Source of the DNA: a candidate division WOR-3 bacterium
GTDB taxonomy: Bacteria > Hydrothermota > Tepidihabitantia > B3-TA06
Direction of reading: 5' to 3'
DNA: 23,340 nucleotides
NCBI GenBank assembly: GCA_965649265.1
Contig: CBFGKC010000024.1
Location: forward strand, 1 to 23,340
The notes under the pieces were generated by a model. It was not told the origin of the DNA. It saw only the letters and a program-made list of their open reading frames with translations, and did no database searches. Positions 1-7,426 of this stretch are shown piece after piece (positions within the stretch are counted from its first letter, which is position 1; each line of letters starts with the position of its first letter). The translations under genes and the position numbers were made by a program.

Positions 1-1
1 C

Positions 2-433
2 ACGCTCAGCTGGTCCCTTACCGCCGACACCGAAGACACGGTCTCGTTCAAGGAGTTCAAACCGTCCGATGCTTTGGATTACACCCTAACCGTTTCCACA
101 CTCATGACCCCTGACGAGTCCGACGAGGACGACGTAATGTCAAAAACACTCTACGGCACGGGTGTCGAGGAGCAACCCATACCCCAGGCTTTTGATCTTG
201 ATGTCGCGAGTTTGCAAGGAGGAGAGGGGGTGTTACGGGTCTTCTACTCCCTCCCCCTGGGCGAGCAGGGAATCATCAGCCTTTATGACCCGTCTGGACG
301 CAAGGTTGAATCCCTGAAGATCACAGGTTCGGGCAGTGTGAGCTTAAAATCGAATCTCCCATCAGGCGTATATTTTATCAAATTAGAAGCTAAAAACATA
401 ACAATAACGAGAAAAGCGGTAATTCTGCATTAA
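2..433 (+). CDS. 5'-truncated secreted protein ending in a T9SS type A-like C-terminal sorting domain
   Basis: The frame is open from base 2 (TLSWSLTADTEDTVSF...). It has a GVEE linker followed by 'ISLYDPSGRKV...LPSGVYFIKLE...TRKAVILH*', the typical YD..GR / GVYF / terminal KxxI pattern. Confidence 0.75.
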   Translation, partial: TLSWSLTADTEDTVSFKEFKPSDALDYTLTVSTLMTPDESDEDDVMSKTLYGTGVEEQPIPQAFDLDVASLQGGEGVLRVFYSLPLGEQGIISLYDPSGRKVESLKITGSGSVSLKSNLPSGVYFIKLEAKNITITRKAVILH

Positions 434-442
434 AGAAATGTC

Positions 443-488
443 TCCGGCGTTCTTTTGGGGGTGGTTTTAGCCCCCAAAAACCCCCGGA
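443..488. repeat. GC-rich palindrome/hairpin (REP-like or atypical terminator)
   Basis: TTTTGGGGG (453-461) pairs with CCCCCAAAA (471-479), extended by TCCGG (443-447)/CCGGA (484-488). It starts 10 nt after the stop codon and has no clean downstream U-tract. Confidence 0.6.
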
Positions 489-493
489 TTTTG

Positions 494-640
494 CCCGAAA
501 TGTCCATCTTTTGACCATCTTTTGTCCCACTTTTGTCCAACTTAGTTATCCACATTTTTGACGCGTCGCGTTAAACCTGACTTCACGGATTCTCCCGAAA
601 ACGCTCCGCCAACCCCGGCTGTCTGGAGGGCGGTTTGAAG
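494..640 (+). repeat. Dispersed intergenic element, copy A (11-bp tandem units + DnaA box + conserved distal block)
   Basis: 494-565 is the reverse complement of 23156-23216 except for one extra 11-bp unit. 611-640 matches the reverse complement of 23044-23073 at 24/30 positions. Confidence 0.9.
546..554 (+). promoter_or_regulatory. Consensus DnaA box TTATCCACA
   Basis: Exact 9/9 match to the R-type DnaA box, intergenic, and conserved in the second copy of the element. Confidence 0.65.
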
Positions 641-739
641 CCTGGCGAGCGCTTGAAAGCTGCAGGGCGAATCAAACTTGGCTTGGGTCGGTCTTGCCCC
701 AAAAGCTGGATAAGTGGCATTTAATCCAACGGATAGCAG

Positions 740-768
740 TTGACAGAGCGCGAATCCGCGCTTAGAAT
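740..768 (+). promoter_or_regulatory. Sigma70-type promoter for tRNA-Leu/rnc operon
   Basis: TTGACA (740-745), 17 bp spacer, TAGAAT (763-768), lying 8 nt before the tRNA 5' end. Confidence 0.85.
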
Positions 769-776
769 CCAATCTC

Positions 777-861
777 GCCGGGATGGTGAAATTGGCAGAC
801 ACAAGGGACTTAAAATCCCTCGGGGCTTTGCTCCGTGCCGGTTCGAGTCCGGCTCCCGGCA
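777..861 (+). tRNA. tRNA-Leu (anticodon TAA), CCA not encoded
   Basis: Acceptor stem GCCGGGA/TCCCGGC with discriminator A. D-arm GGTGAAATTGGCAGACAC, anticodon arm AGGGA-CTTAAAA-TCCCT, long variable arm, T-arm GCCGG-TTCGAGT-CCGGC. Confidence 0.97.
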
Positions 862-862
862 T

Positions 863-1528
863 GTGAAAAACTTCGTGAAAAAACTCAAAATGGGTTTTCG
901 CAAGAAGGAACTCCTTGAACGCGCACTCACGCATCCGTCATGGGCGCACGAGTATATGGGTGACAGGCGGCAATCTTATGAGAGACTCGAGTTTCTTGGG
1001 GATGCCGTTTACGAGATGCTTCTGCGGGAGTACTTCTACGAATCGCTTGATCATGCGGACGAAGGGATGCTTTCAAAGCTTAAGAATCGCTATTCGTCCG
1101 GTGCGTTCATGGCCGAGATGGCCCGTAAGTTCGAGATAGATCAGTACCTCAGGCTTGGTCGCAGCGAGGAAGCCGACGGACGTCAGAAGGACTCCATCCT
1201 GGCGAACTCTTTTGAGGCGCTTTTCGGAGCTCTTTACCTCGACAGGGGAATCAAGCACTGCAGAAGATTTTTTCGCAGCCAGGTTATTCCGTTCATCGAC
1301 CTTTCCATTATCCCTTTTGATGCTAAGTCCAGACTCAACATCCGACTGTCTGGTGAGCGTTGCGAATACAAGATATTAATGAAGCACGGCGAGGATCACC
1401 GTCCACACTTTCACGTCGGGCTTTTCATCAACGGAGTACTCGTCGCCTCAGGCGAGGCAGGCAGCAAGAAAAAAGCTGAACTCATTGCTGCCGAGCAATA
1501 TCTCAATTCCCTCAGCAAGGTACCATGA
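863..1528 (+). CDS. rnc: Ribonuclease III
   Basis: ALTHPS, signature ERLEFLGDAV, FEALFGALYLD and a C-terminal dsRBD (GSKKKAE..AA). Start placed at GTG 863 by similarity to typical RNase III N-termini; GTG 875 and ATG 890 are alternatives. Confidence 0.93.
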   Translation: MKNFVKKLKMGFRKKELLERALTHPSWAHEYMGDRRQSYERLEFLGDAVYEMLLREYFYESLDHADEGMLSKLKNRYSSGAFMAEMARKFEIDQYLRLGRSEEADGRQKDSILANSFEALFGALYLDRGIKHCRRFFRSQVIPFIDLSIIPFDAKSRLNIRLSGERCEYKILMKHGEDHRPHFHVGLFINGVLVASGEAGSKKKAELIAAEQYLNSLSKVP

Positions 1529-2490
1529 GCTTTCTGTTGCTTGCCCTTGGTCCGGTCCTCGCGATTTTCTTTTTTTTCTGGGCAAAAGACAAATACGAGA
1601 GAGAGCCCTTAAAGAGGCTTATACTTACCGCCGGCATTGGTGCCGTGTCAGCGATACCGGTAGTGATCATAGAGATGCTCTGGGGACATACCATGATGAA
1701 TGTATCTGCCCTTAGTTTGCCCGAACTTGGTTTTATGGCATTCGTGGAGATAGGTGTCACTGAAGAGCTGTTCAAAGCCATCGCTTTCTTCTCCACGGCC
1801 TACTGGAGCAAGTACATGAACGAGCCCTATGACGGCATGATCTATTCGGTTGCCGCGGCACTCGGATTCGCTGCCGTCGAAAACATTCTCTACGTCCTCT
1901 CCGGCGGCATCCTAACCGCGGTGATAAGGGCGGTGACGGCGGTTCCGGCACACGCCATGTTCGGAGCATCCATAGGCTATTTCTCAGGCAGGGCCAAGTT
2001 CACGAAGTATCCGATTCTCAAACCATTTCTAATTCTTTCGGGGTTTGCCATATCCGTTCTGCTGCACGGTCTTTACGATTTAATCGCTCTGTGGCCGGAA
2101 CCGCTGGCGTGGCTCTGGCTTATTCCTCTTCTCGGCGTGATGGTTGCAGGAACCCTTCTTCTTACAAGAGACGCACGCAAGCGCTCACCTTTCCTGCCTG
2201 CTGTCGATGCGGAAGGGCACTATACGGGATACACGATCTCAGGCCGGCCTCTGACTCCCAAGGTCATTGCGATGCTCGAAAAGGAATCCATGAAACATAA
2301 ACGTCAGGGAGAAAAGGACCAAAAGAATGAGCCTCATTTTGATGACAGTCCGCACTTCATAGAGGAGTACCTCAAATCGGGCGCCAGGGAGGAAAAAACT
2401 CCACAAGAGGATGTCAAAACCCAGGATTCCGGCGAGGCCGGACCTCCAGGCAAGGATTCTCACTTCCTGGACGATTACTTCAAAAAGTAG
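1525..2490 (+). CDS. prsW: PrsW-family intramembrane glutamic metalloprotease with charged C-terminal tail
   Basis: Multi-TM protein with DKYEREP, EELFK (EExxK), GFAAVEN, HAMF and LHGLYD motifs. ATGA overlap with rnc. Confidence 0.88.
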   Translation: MSFLLLALGPVLAIFFFFWAKDKYEREPLKRLILTAGIGAVSAIPVVIIEMLWGHTMMNVSALSLPELGFMAFVEIGVTEELFKAIAFFSTAYWSKYMNEPYDGMIYSVAAALGFAAVENILYVLSGGILTAVIRAVTAVPAHAMFGASIGYFSGRAKFTKYPILKPFLILSGFAISVLLHGLYDLIALWPEPLAWLWLIPLLGVMVAGTLLLTRDARKRSPFLPAVDAEGHYTGYTISGRPLTPKVIAMLEKESMKHKRQGEKDQKNEPHFDDSPHFIEEYLKSGAREEKTPQEDVKTQDSGEAGPPGKDSHFLDDYFKK

Positions 2491-2499
2491 GGTGGGGAT

Positions 2500-2943
2500 T
2501 TGAGCGATATACCTCTTTCGGCGCTTCTTAAGCTAGGTGTTGCTGTGGTGCTCGGCGCGGTAGTGGGACTCGAACGTCTTCTCTCAGGTAAGCCTGCGGG
2601 TATGAGAACACACATCCTCGTAGGATTCGGCTCCGCGCTCTTCATGATAGCGGCCGAGTTGAGCGGACTTGATCCGACTCGTGTTGCAGCCGGTCTAATT
2701 ACCGGCATAGGCTTTCTGGGCGCGGGCACAATCATACAAGACAGGGGAACCGTTCACGGCTTGACTACCGCAGCCTCAATCTGGGTCGTGGCCGGAATCG
2801 GGATCGCGGTCGCCCGCGGATTGTGGGTGCTCTCGGTTGCAGCCACTCTGGGTGTTCTGGCCGTTCTCTGGGGTCTGCACTATCTGGAATCTGCGATAGA
2901 AAAGGGCGTTGTCCGAAGGAAATCTCCAGGTACAAAAGATTGA
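2500..2943 (+). CDS. MgtC/SapB family membrane protein
   Basis: GLER...KPAGMRTHILV, DPTRVAAGLITGIGFLGAGTI and GLTTAASIW motifs. TTG start. Confidence 0.92.
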   Translation: MSDIPLSALLKLGVAVVLGAVVGLERLLSGKPAGMRTHILVGFGSALFMIAAELSGLDPTRVAAGLITGIGFLGAGTIIQDRGTVHGLTTAASIWVVAGIGIAVARGLWVLSVAATLGVLAVLWGLHYLESAIEKGVVRRKSPGTKD

Positions 2944-2989
2944 TTTCCCAGGTATCCTTTCCTTGAGCTTGCATAGAATCTGGCTTCAG

Positions 2990-3017
2990 TTGACAAAGTC
3001 TTTCCTTTCCTTAATAT
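2990..3017 (+). promoter_or_regulatory. Sigma70-type promoter, predicted leaderless, for diguanylate cyclase operon
   Basis: TTGACA (2990-2995), 16 bp spacer, TAATAT (3012-3017), 6 nt, then GTG 3024. No SD. Confidence 0.65.
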
Positions 3018-3023
3018 TGCACC

Positions 3024-4364
3024 GTGAGTCTGAAAATCAAGCTTCCGCTTGTAGTGACTTTTACAGTTCTTCTGAGTGCACTAGGGCTGAGTTACTTCCT
3101 GATTCGCCACGAGCAAAACGTGCTCAGGGAAGAATTAAGAAGAAGAGGAGAGCTCCTGGCAAGGCAACTCGCAGGAATTGACAGGGTTGCATTCTATTAT
3201 GTCGCCTCGGAGGTGAAAAGGCTTCACAGCGAGGATTCAACAGGCACTCCCATGAATCTTGAGGACTCCTTGGCCACTTCACCCAAGCTTTATGACATGT
3301 CCCGTTTCCTCTTCAATTCGCTTGCCAGCGTAACCGACAGCATTCTTGTCGTCGGTAATGATACCCTCAAGAGTTGGGTACTTTCAGCATCATTCTTTGA
3401 CTGGGAGGATTCCCTCGTTATATCACGACCGCAGGTAGCATCAGTGGTGCTTGGCAAGCCCGATGACGGGTTCACCTTTGTCTCACCTATTTTCGTGAGG
3501 AAAGACACCCTCGGCTTTGCCCAGGTCAGGATGGACCCAAAGGTCCTAGAAAAAGCAATAAGCGATGCATTCAGAAACATCCTTCCCATAATAATAGGAA
3601 TTCTGGCTTTCAGCGTTTTGCTTTCGTGGGTTTTGAGCGCACTTTTCACGTCTCCGGTCTCCAAGTTGCAGAAACAGGCATTATCTCTGGCCAGCGGCGA
3701 TCTTGCGGCAAGGGTCGAGATCCGTTCGCGTGACGAGCTTGGTCTTCTTGGCAGGGTATTCAACGACATGGCGCGCAACTTGCAGCTAAGTTACGACGAA
3801 CTAAAGGAGAAGCTTGTCGAAATCAAACGGCTTTTCAAGATGGCTACGGAGGACGGGCTTACGGGTTTGTACGTTAAGAGGTATTTCCTTGAGCTTCTTT
3901 CCGGCGAGCTCAGGCGCTCCATAAGGTATTCAAGACCGCTTTCGGTTCTCATGTGCGACATAGATCATTTCAAGAGGGTCAACGACACTTACGGGCATCC
4001 GGCGGGTGACGTCGTACTGCGTTCGGTGGCGCGCAGGTTCGCCGCTGCAACGAGGGACGGCATAGACGTGATAGGTCGATACGGGGGGGAGGAGTTCGCG
4101 GTAATGCTGCCCGAGACGGATGAGGAGTCCGCATGGCGCGTCGCCGAGCGTTTGAGGCGTTATATTGAATCCGAACCTGTTTCCCTTGCGAGCGTCGAGG
4201 GTGTCGGGGCCGAGGGTGTCACAGTTACAATCTCCATTGGAGTTACTACGATCACGGACGAGACGACTCTTGAAAGGGTTATTGCCGCGGCCGATAAGGC
4301 TCTGTATGCATCCAAAGAGGCAGGGCGTAATCGCTCTACTTCGCTCTCGGTGGAGCTCTTATGA
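3024..4364 (+). CDS. Membrane sensor diguanylate cyclase (2 TM + periplasmic domain + HAMP + GGDEF)
   Basis: Two TM segments, HAMP motif (SRDELGLLGRVFNDM), DGLTGL, DIDHFKRVNDTYGHPAGD, RYGGEEF and ADKALYASKEAGRN. Confidence 0.93.
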   Translation: MSLKIKLPLVVTFTVLLSALGLSYFLIRHEQNVLREELRRRGELLARQLAGIDRVAFYYVASEVKRLHSEDSTGTPMNLEDSLATSPKLYDMSRFLFNSLASVTDSILVVGNDTLKSWVLSASFFDWEDSLVISRPQVASVVLGKPDDGFTFVSPIFVRKDTLGFAQVRMDPKVLEKAISDAFRNILPIIIGILAFSVLLSWVLSALFTSPVSKLQKQALSLASGDLAARVEIRSRDELGLLGRVFNDMARNLQLSYDELKEKLVEIKRLFKMATEDGLTGLYVKRYFLELLSGELRRSIRYSRPLSVLMCDIDHFKRVNDTYGHPAGDVVLRSVARRFAAATRDGIDVIGRYGGEEFAVMLPETDEESAWRVAERLRRYIESEPVSLASVEGVGAEGVTVTISIGVTTITDETTLERVIAAADKALYASKEAGRNRSTSLSVELL

Positions 4365-5407
4365 GTATACTTGTCGCGCTGTCCTTATTCACTTACCCGT
4401 TCGGACTTTTCGGCCTCGGTCCGGCATCCGGTTCAGACGCGGGCATGATGCTTGAACAGGGCATCTTTGCGCTCGAATACAATCCTGCCGGTCTTGCGTG
4501 GATTGATTCAATAGAGGGGGGGATCTCGGCGGAGAGTCTTTTCGTGTACAATCTTGTCGGCGTTGCATATAAATACAAAAACTGGCCTATTGCCGCTTCA
4601 GTCCATCACACGCCGCAGACCACCGGATTCTCCCTGGGGTCGGGTTATCTTAACCGGCCTCTTGCTTTGGGCGGCGCCTTCGGTGCGTCTTTCGGAAGAA
4701 ACGAACAGCAGAATCTTTCACTTCGTTTTGGGCTTCAGTGGAGGGAGTACATAGGTCTCGCACTGGGGCCGAGACTCTGGCTTGCCCAGGATACGGCTCA
4801 TCTGAGCGGCATGGTTCAGATAGGAGCATCGGTTCCAATAATCGAGGGTCTCAAATTCCTCGCGGGGGCATCCGCACAGATTCTACCTGCCTCCTTTAGG
4901 GCGTCTGGGGGGCTTGCTTACGAACCCTTCAGTTTCCTGAGGGTGCAGAGCGTTGTTGCCACCGACGGCTGGGGCGCTTGTATTATACTTTCAAGCGGCG
5001 ACGACCGCGGCGGAATATGGGTACAAAAGGATTTTGACGAAGGAACTGCTTGGAACCTTGGTTTGTCATACGTTCGCAGCGTGCGTCTGGGCAGAGTCAA
5101 AGAAGTTGTTCATTACAGAAACCTTCCCGCCAGAGTAGATACGGTGTATATCCTTCAGACAAAACCGGTTAATATTGATTCCACAAAAGTCGTCTCTCCG
5201 GATGTCCGCCGCAAACAGGAACAACTGATGGCCAAGGCTAATCGCCTCTATGCCGAAGAGCGCTACGAGGAGGCCCTTGTGGTCTGGAAGGAAGTGGTGC
5301 AGCTTGATCCGTCATCCGATCTTGCGGCGAGGGCAAACGAAGACATAAAAGATGTCAGCTCGCTCATAGAGACTCTTAACAGGATACGTTCAGGTAAACC
5401 TCAGTGA
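4361..5407 (+). CDS. Putative outer-membrane beta-barrel (PorV/FadL-like N-terminus) fused to C-terminal TPR
   Basis: Hydrophobic N-terminus, YNPAGLA motif, alternating Gly/aromatic beta-strands, and a C-terminal helical TPR (ANRLYAEERYEEALVVWKEVVQLDP). ATGA-coupled to the cyclase. Confidence 0.55.
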   Translation: MSILVALSLFTYPFGLFGLGPASGSDAGMMLEQGIFALEYNPAGLAWIDSIEGGISAESLFVYNLVGVAYKYKNWPIAASVHHTPQTTGFSLGSGYLNRPLALGGAFGASFGRNEQQNLSLRFGLQWREYIGLALGPRLWLAQDTAHLSGMVQIGASVPIIEGLKFLAGASAQILPASFRASGGLAYEPFSFLRVQSVVATDGWGACIILSSGDDRGGIWVQKDFDEGTAWNLGLSYVRSVRLGRVKEVVHYRNLPARVDTVYILQTKPVNIDSTKVVSPDVRRKQEQLMAKANRLYAEERYEEALVVWKEVVQLDPSSDLAARANEDIKDVSSLIETLNRIRSGKPQ

Positions 5408-5491
5408 GGGAACCATGGGAAAAGTGTCGGGGGAGAGGGGGATCATCTCCTAAAAACATCCTTCTGAAAGCCTTTTGCGATCCTTTGCGGC

Positions 5492-5519
5492 TTGACATAA
5501 GCCGTAGTTAGTGTAGACT
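5492..5519 (+). promoter_or_regulatory. Sigma70-type promoter for thrS operon (near-leaderless)
   Basis: TTGACA (5492-5497), 16 bp spacer, TAGACT (5514-5519), 8 nt, then ATG 5528. No SD. Confidence 0.7.
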
Positions 5520-5527
5520 TACGACAA

Positions 5528-7423
5528 ATGGTCAAAATAACGCTTGAAGGCGTTGTAAATGACGTTGAAGATAGTGTGCGTCTTCGCGATCTGGCCCCTG
5601 ACGGGGCACTTGCAGCTGTCCTGAACGGAAAGCCCGTAGAGCTTTCCACCCCTGTTCAGGAGGGTGCCGATATATCGTGGCTTACCTTCGAGGATGAGGA
5701 GGGGCGCAAGGTGTTCTGGCACTCGACCTCTCATCTTATGGCTCATGCGGTTAAAAGGCTCTTTCCAAGGGCAAAGCTCGCAATAGGTCCGGCAATTGAC
5801 GAGGGTTTCTATTACGATTTTAAGGTCGAGCGGCCGTTCAGTGAAGGTGACCTGAAGAAAATAGAAAAAGAGATGCACAGGCTCGTCACCAGGGCCTTGC
5901 CGATTCGCAGAAGGGTATTCCCGAAGGCGAAGCTTGAACATTACTACGGTTTCGAAGGTGAGTCGTTCAAGTTGGAACTCTTGAATGAGATAGAAGACGG
6001 GCATGTGAGTGTATACGAGCAGGATGATTTTCTCGATATGTGCCTTGGACCTCATCTTGACGATACGTCCAGGATAATCGGCATCAAGCTTATGTCCGTG
6101 GCCGGTGCATACTGGCGCGGCAGCGAGAAGAACCAGATGCTGCAGCGCATCTACGGCATCTCTTTCCCTTCGAAAGAGGAGCTTGATGCCTATCTTGCAA
6201 AAATCGAAGAAGCCAAGGCGCGTGACCATCGCATCATCGGGCGCGAGCTCGATCTTTACGACATAGTCGAGGAGGTGGGCCCCGGGCTTGTTCTCTGGAA
6301 GCCCAAGGGCACAATTTTACGCCAGGAAATCGAGAGGTTCTGGACCTCCGAGCATCTCAAGCGGGGCTACCAGCTTGTTCAAACCCCTCACATCGCACGT
6401 GCCGAGTTGTGGAAGATTTCCGGTCACTATTCGTACTATAAAGAAAACATGTTCCTTACCTCCATCGAAGATCAGGAGTACGTTATAAAGCCCATGAACT
6501 GTCCTGGACACATGATGCTTTACCGTTCCGTAAAGCACAGTTACCGTGATCTTCCCATGCGCTACGCCGAACTCGGGACCGTTTACCGCAACGAACGCTC
6601 CGGCGTACTCCACGGGATGCTGCGCGTACGCGGTCTCACTATTGATGATGCCCACATCTTCTGTACCCCTGAGCAAGCGCCTTCTGAGATCGAAGGAGTG
6701 CTCGACCTGGCGCTTTTCATGACCCGTGCGTTCGGTTACAAGGATATCAAGGTGGAACTCTCGCTCTGGGACCCTGACAATCGAGATAAGTACGCGGGAA
6801 CACCCGACAAGTGGGAGCACGCGCAAGGCATACTCGAAAAAGTTCTTAAGGACAAAAATATCTCTTATAAAAAAATGGCCGGAGAGGCCGCATTCTACGG
6901 GCCGAAAATAGACATAAAACTCCTGGACGCCCTAGGCAGACCGTGGCAGGCATCGACCATCCAGTTCGACTTCAATCTGCCCGAGCGTTTCGGCCTCATA
7001 TACGTGGGCGAGGACGGCCAGGAACACGAAGTTCGCGTCATACACAGGGCCATACTGGGATCTATGGAGCGCTTCGTGGGAGGTCTCATAGAGTTTTACA
7101 GGGGCGAGTTCCCGTTGTGGATAGCCCCGTACCAGGTTGCAGTTTTGACCGTTACCGATGCCGCTCAGGATTACGCATCCGAGATTGCAGCCGAACTTAT
7201 AGATGAAGGTATCCGTGTGATTACCGACTTTTCCGGCGAGAAGATAGGTGCCAAGATCAGGCGTCACGAACTGGAGAAGATACCATATATGATTATCTTG
7301 GGTAATCGTGAAGCGCAGGATGCAAAGGTGGCGTTAAGGCGTCACCATGACGGCGACCTGGGTAGCTTTACCCTTGCCGAGGTAATAAAGCGATTCAAAA
7401 AAGAAATCAAAGCTCGGAGGTGA
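5528..7423 (+). CDS. thrS: Threonine--tRNA ligase
   Basis: TGS domain, HSTSHLMAHAV editing motif, KPMNCPGH, GEAAFYGPKID, IHRAILGSMERF and an anticodon-binding domain. Confidence 0.99.
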   Translation: MVKITLEGVVNDVEDSVRLRDLAPDGALAAVLNGKPVELSTPVQEGADISWLTFEDEEGRKVFWHSTSHLMAHAVKRLFPRAKLAIGPAIDEGFYYDFKVERPFSEGDLKKIEKEMHRLVTRALPIRRRVFPKAKLEHYYGFEGESFKLELLNEIEDGHVSVYEQDDFLDMCLGPHLDDTSRIIGIKLMSVAGAYWRGSEKNQMLQRIYGISFPSKEELDAYLAKIEEAKARDHRIIGRELDLYDIVEEVGPGLVLWKPKGTILRQEIERFWTSEHLKRGYQLVQTPHIARAELWKISGHYSYYKENMFLTSIEDQEYVIKPMNCPGHMMLYRSVKHSYRDLPMRYAELGTVYRNERSGVLHGMLRVRGLTIDDAHIFCTPEQAPSEIEGVLDLALFMTRAFGYKDIKVELSLWDPDNRDKYAGTPDKWEHAQGILEKVLKDKNISYKKMAGEAAFYGPKIDIKLLDALGRPWQASTIQFDFNLPERFGLIYVGEDGQEHEVRVIHRAILGSMERFVGGLIEFYRGEFPLWIAPYQVAVLTVTDAAQDYASEIAAELIDEGIRVITDFSGEKIGAKIRRHELEKIPYMIILGNREAQDAKVALRRHHDGDLGSFTLAEVIKRFKKEIKARR

Positions 7424-7426
7424 TTG

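Noticed and set aside
501-544. CRISPR array
   Set aside because: The units are 11 bp and contiguous, with no spacers and no cas genes.
740-862. N-terminal extension of rnc reading through the tRNA from TTG 740
   Set aside because: The TTG is part of the -35 box (TTGACA), upstream of the predicted TSS, and the extension is just translated tRNA sequence.
542-934. Minus-strand 130-aa and 69-aa ORFs
   Set aside because: They are antisense to the tRNA, promoter and repeat element, with no protein-like features.
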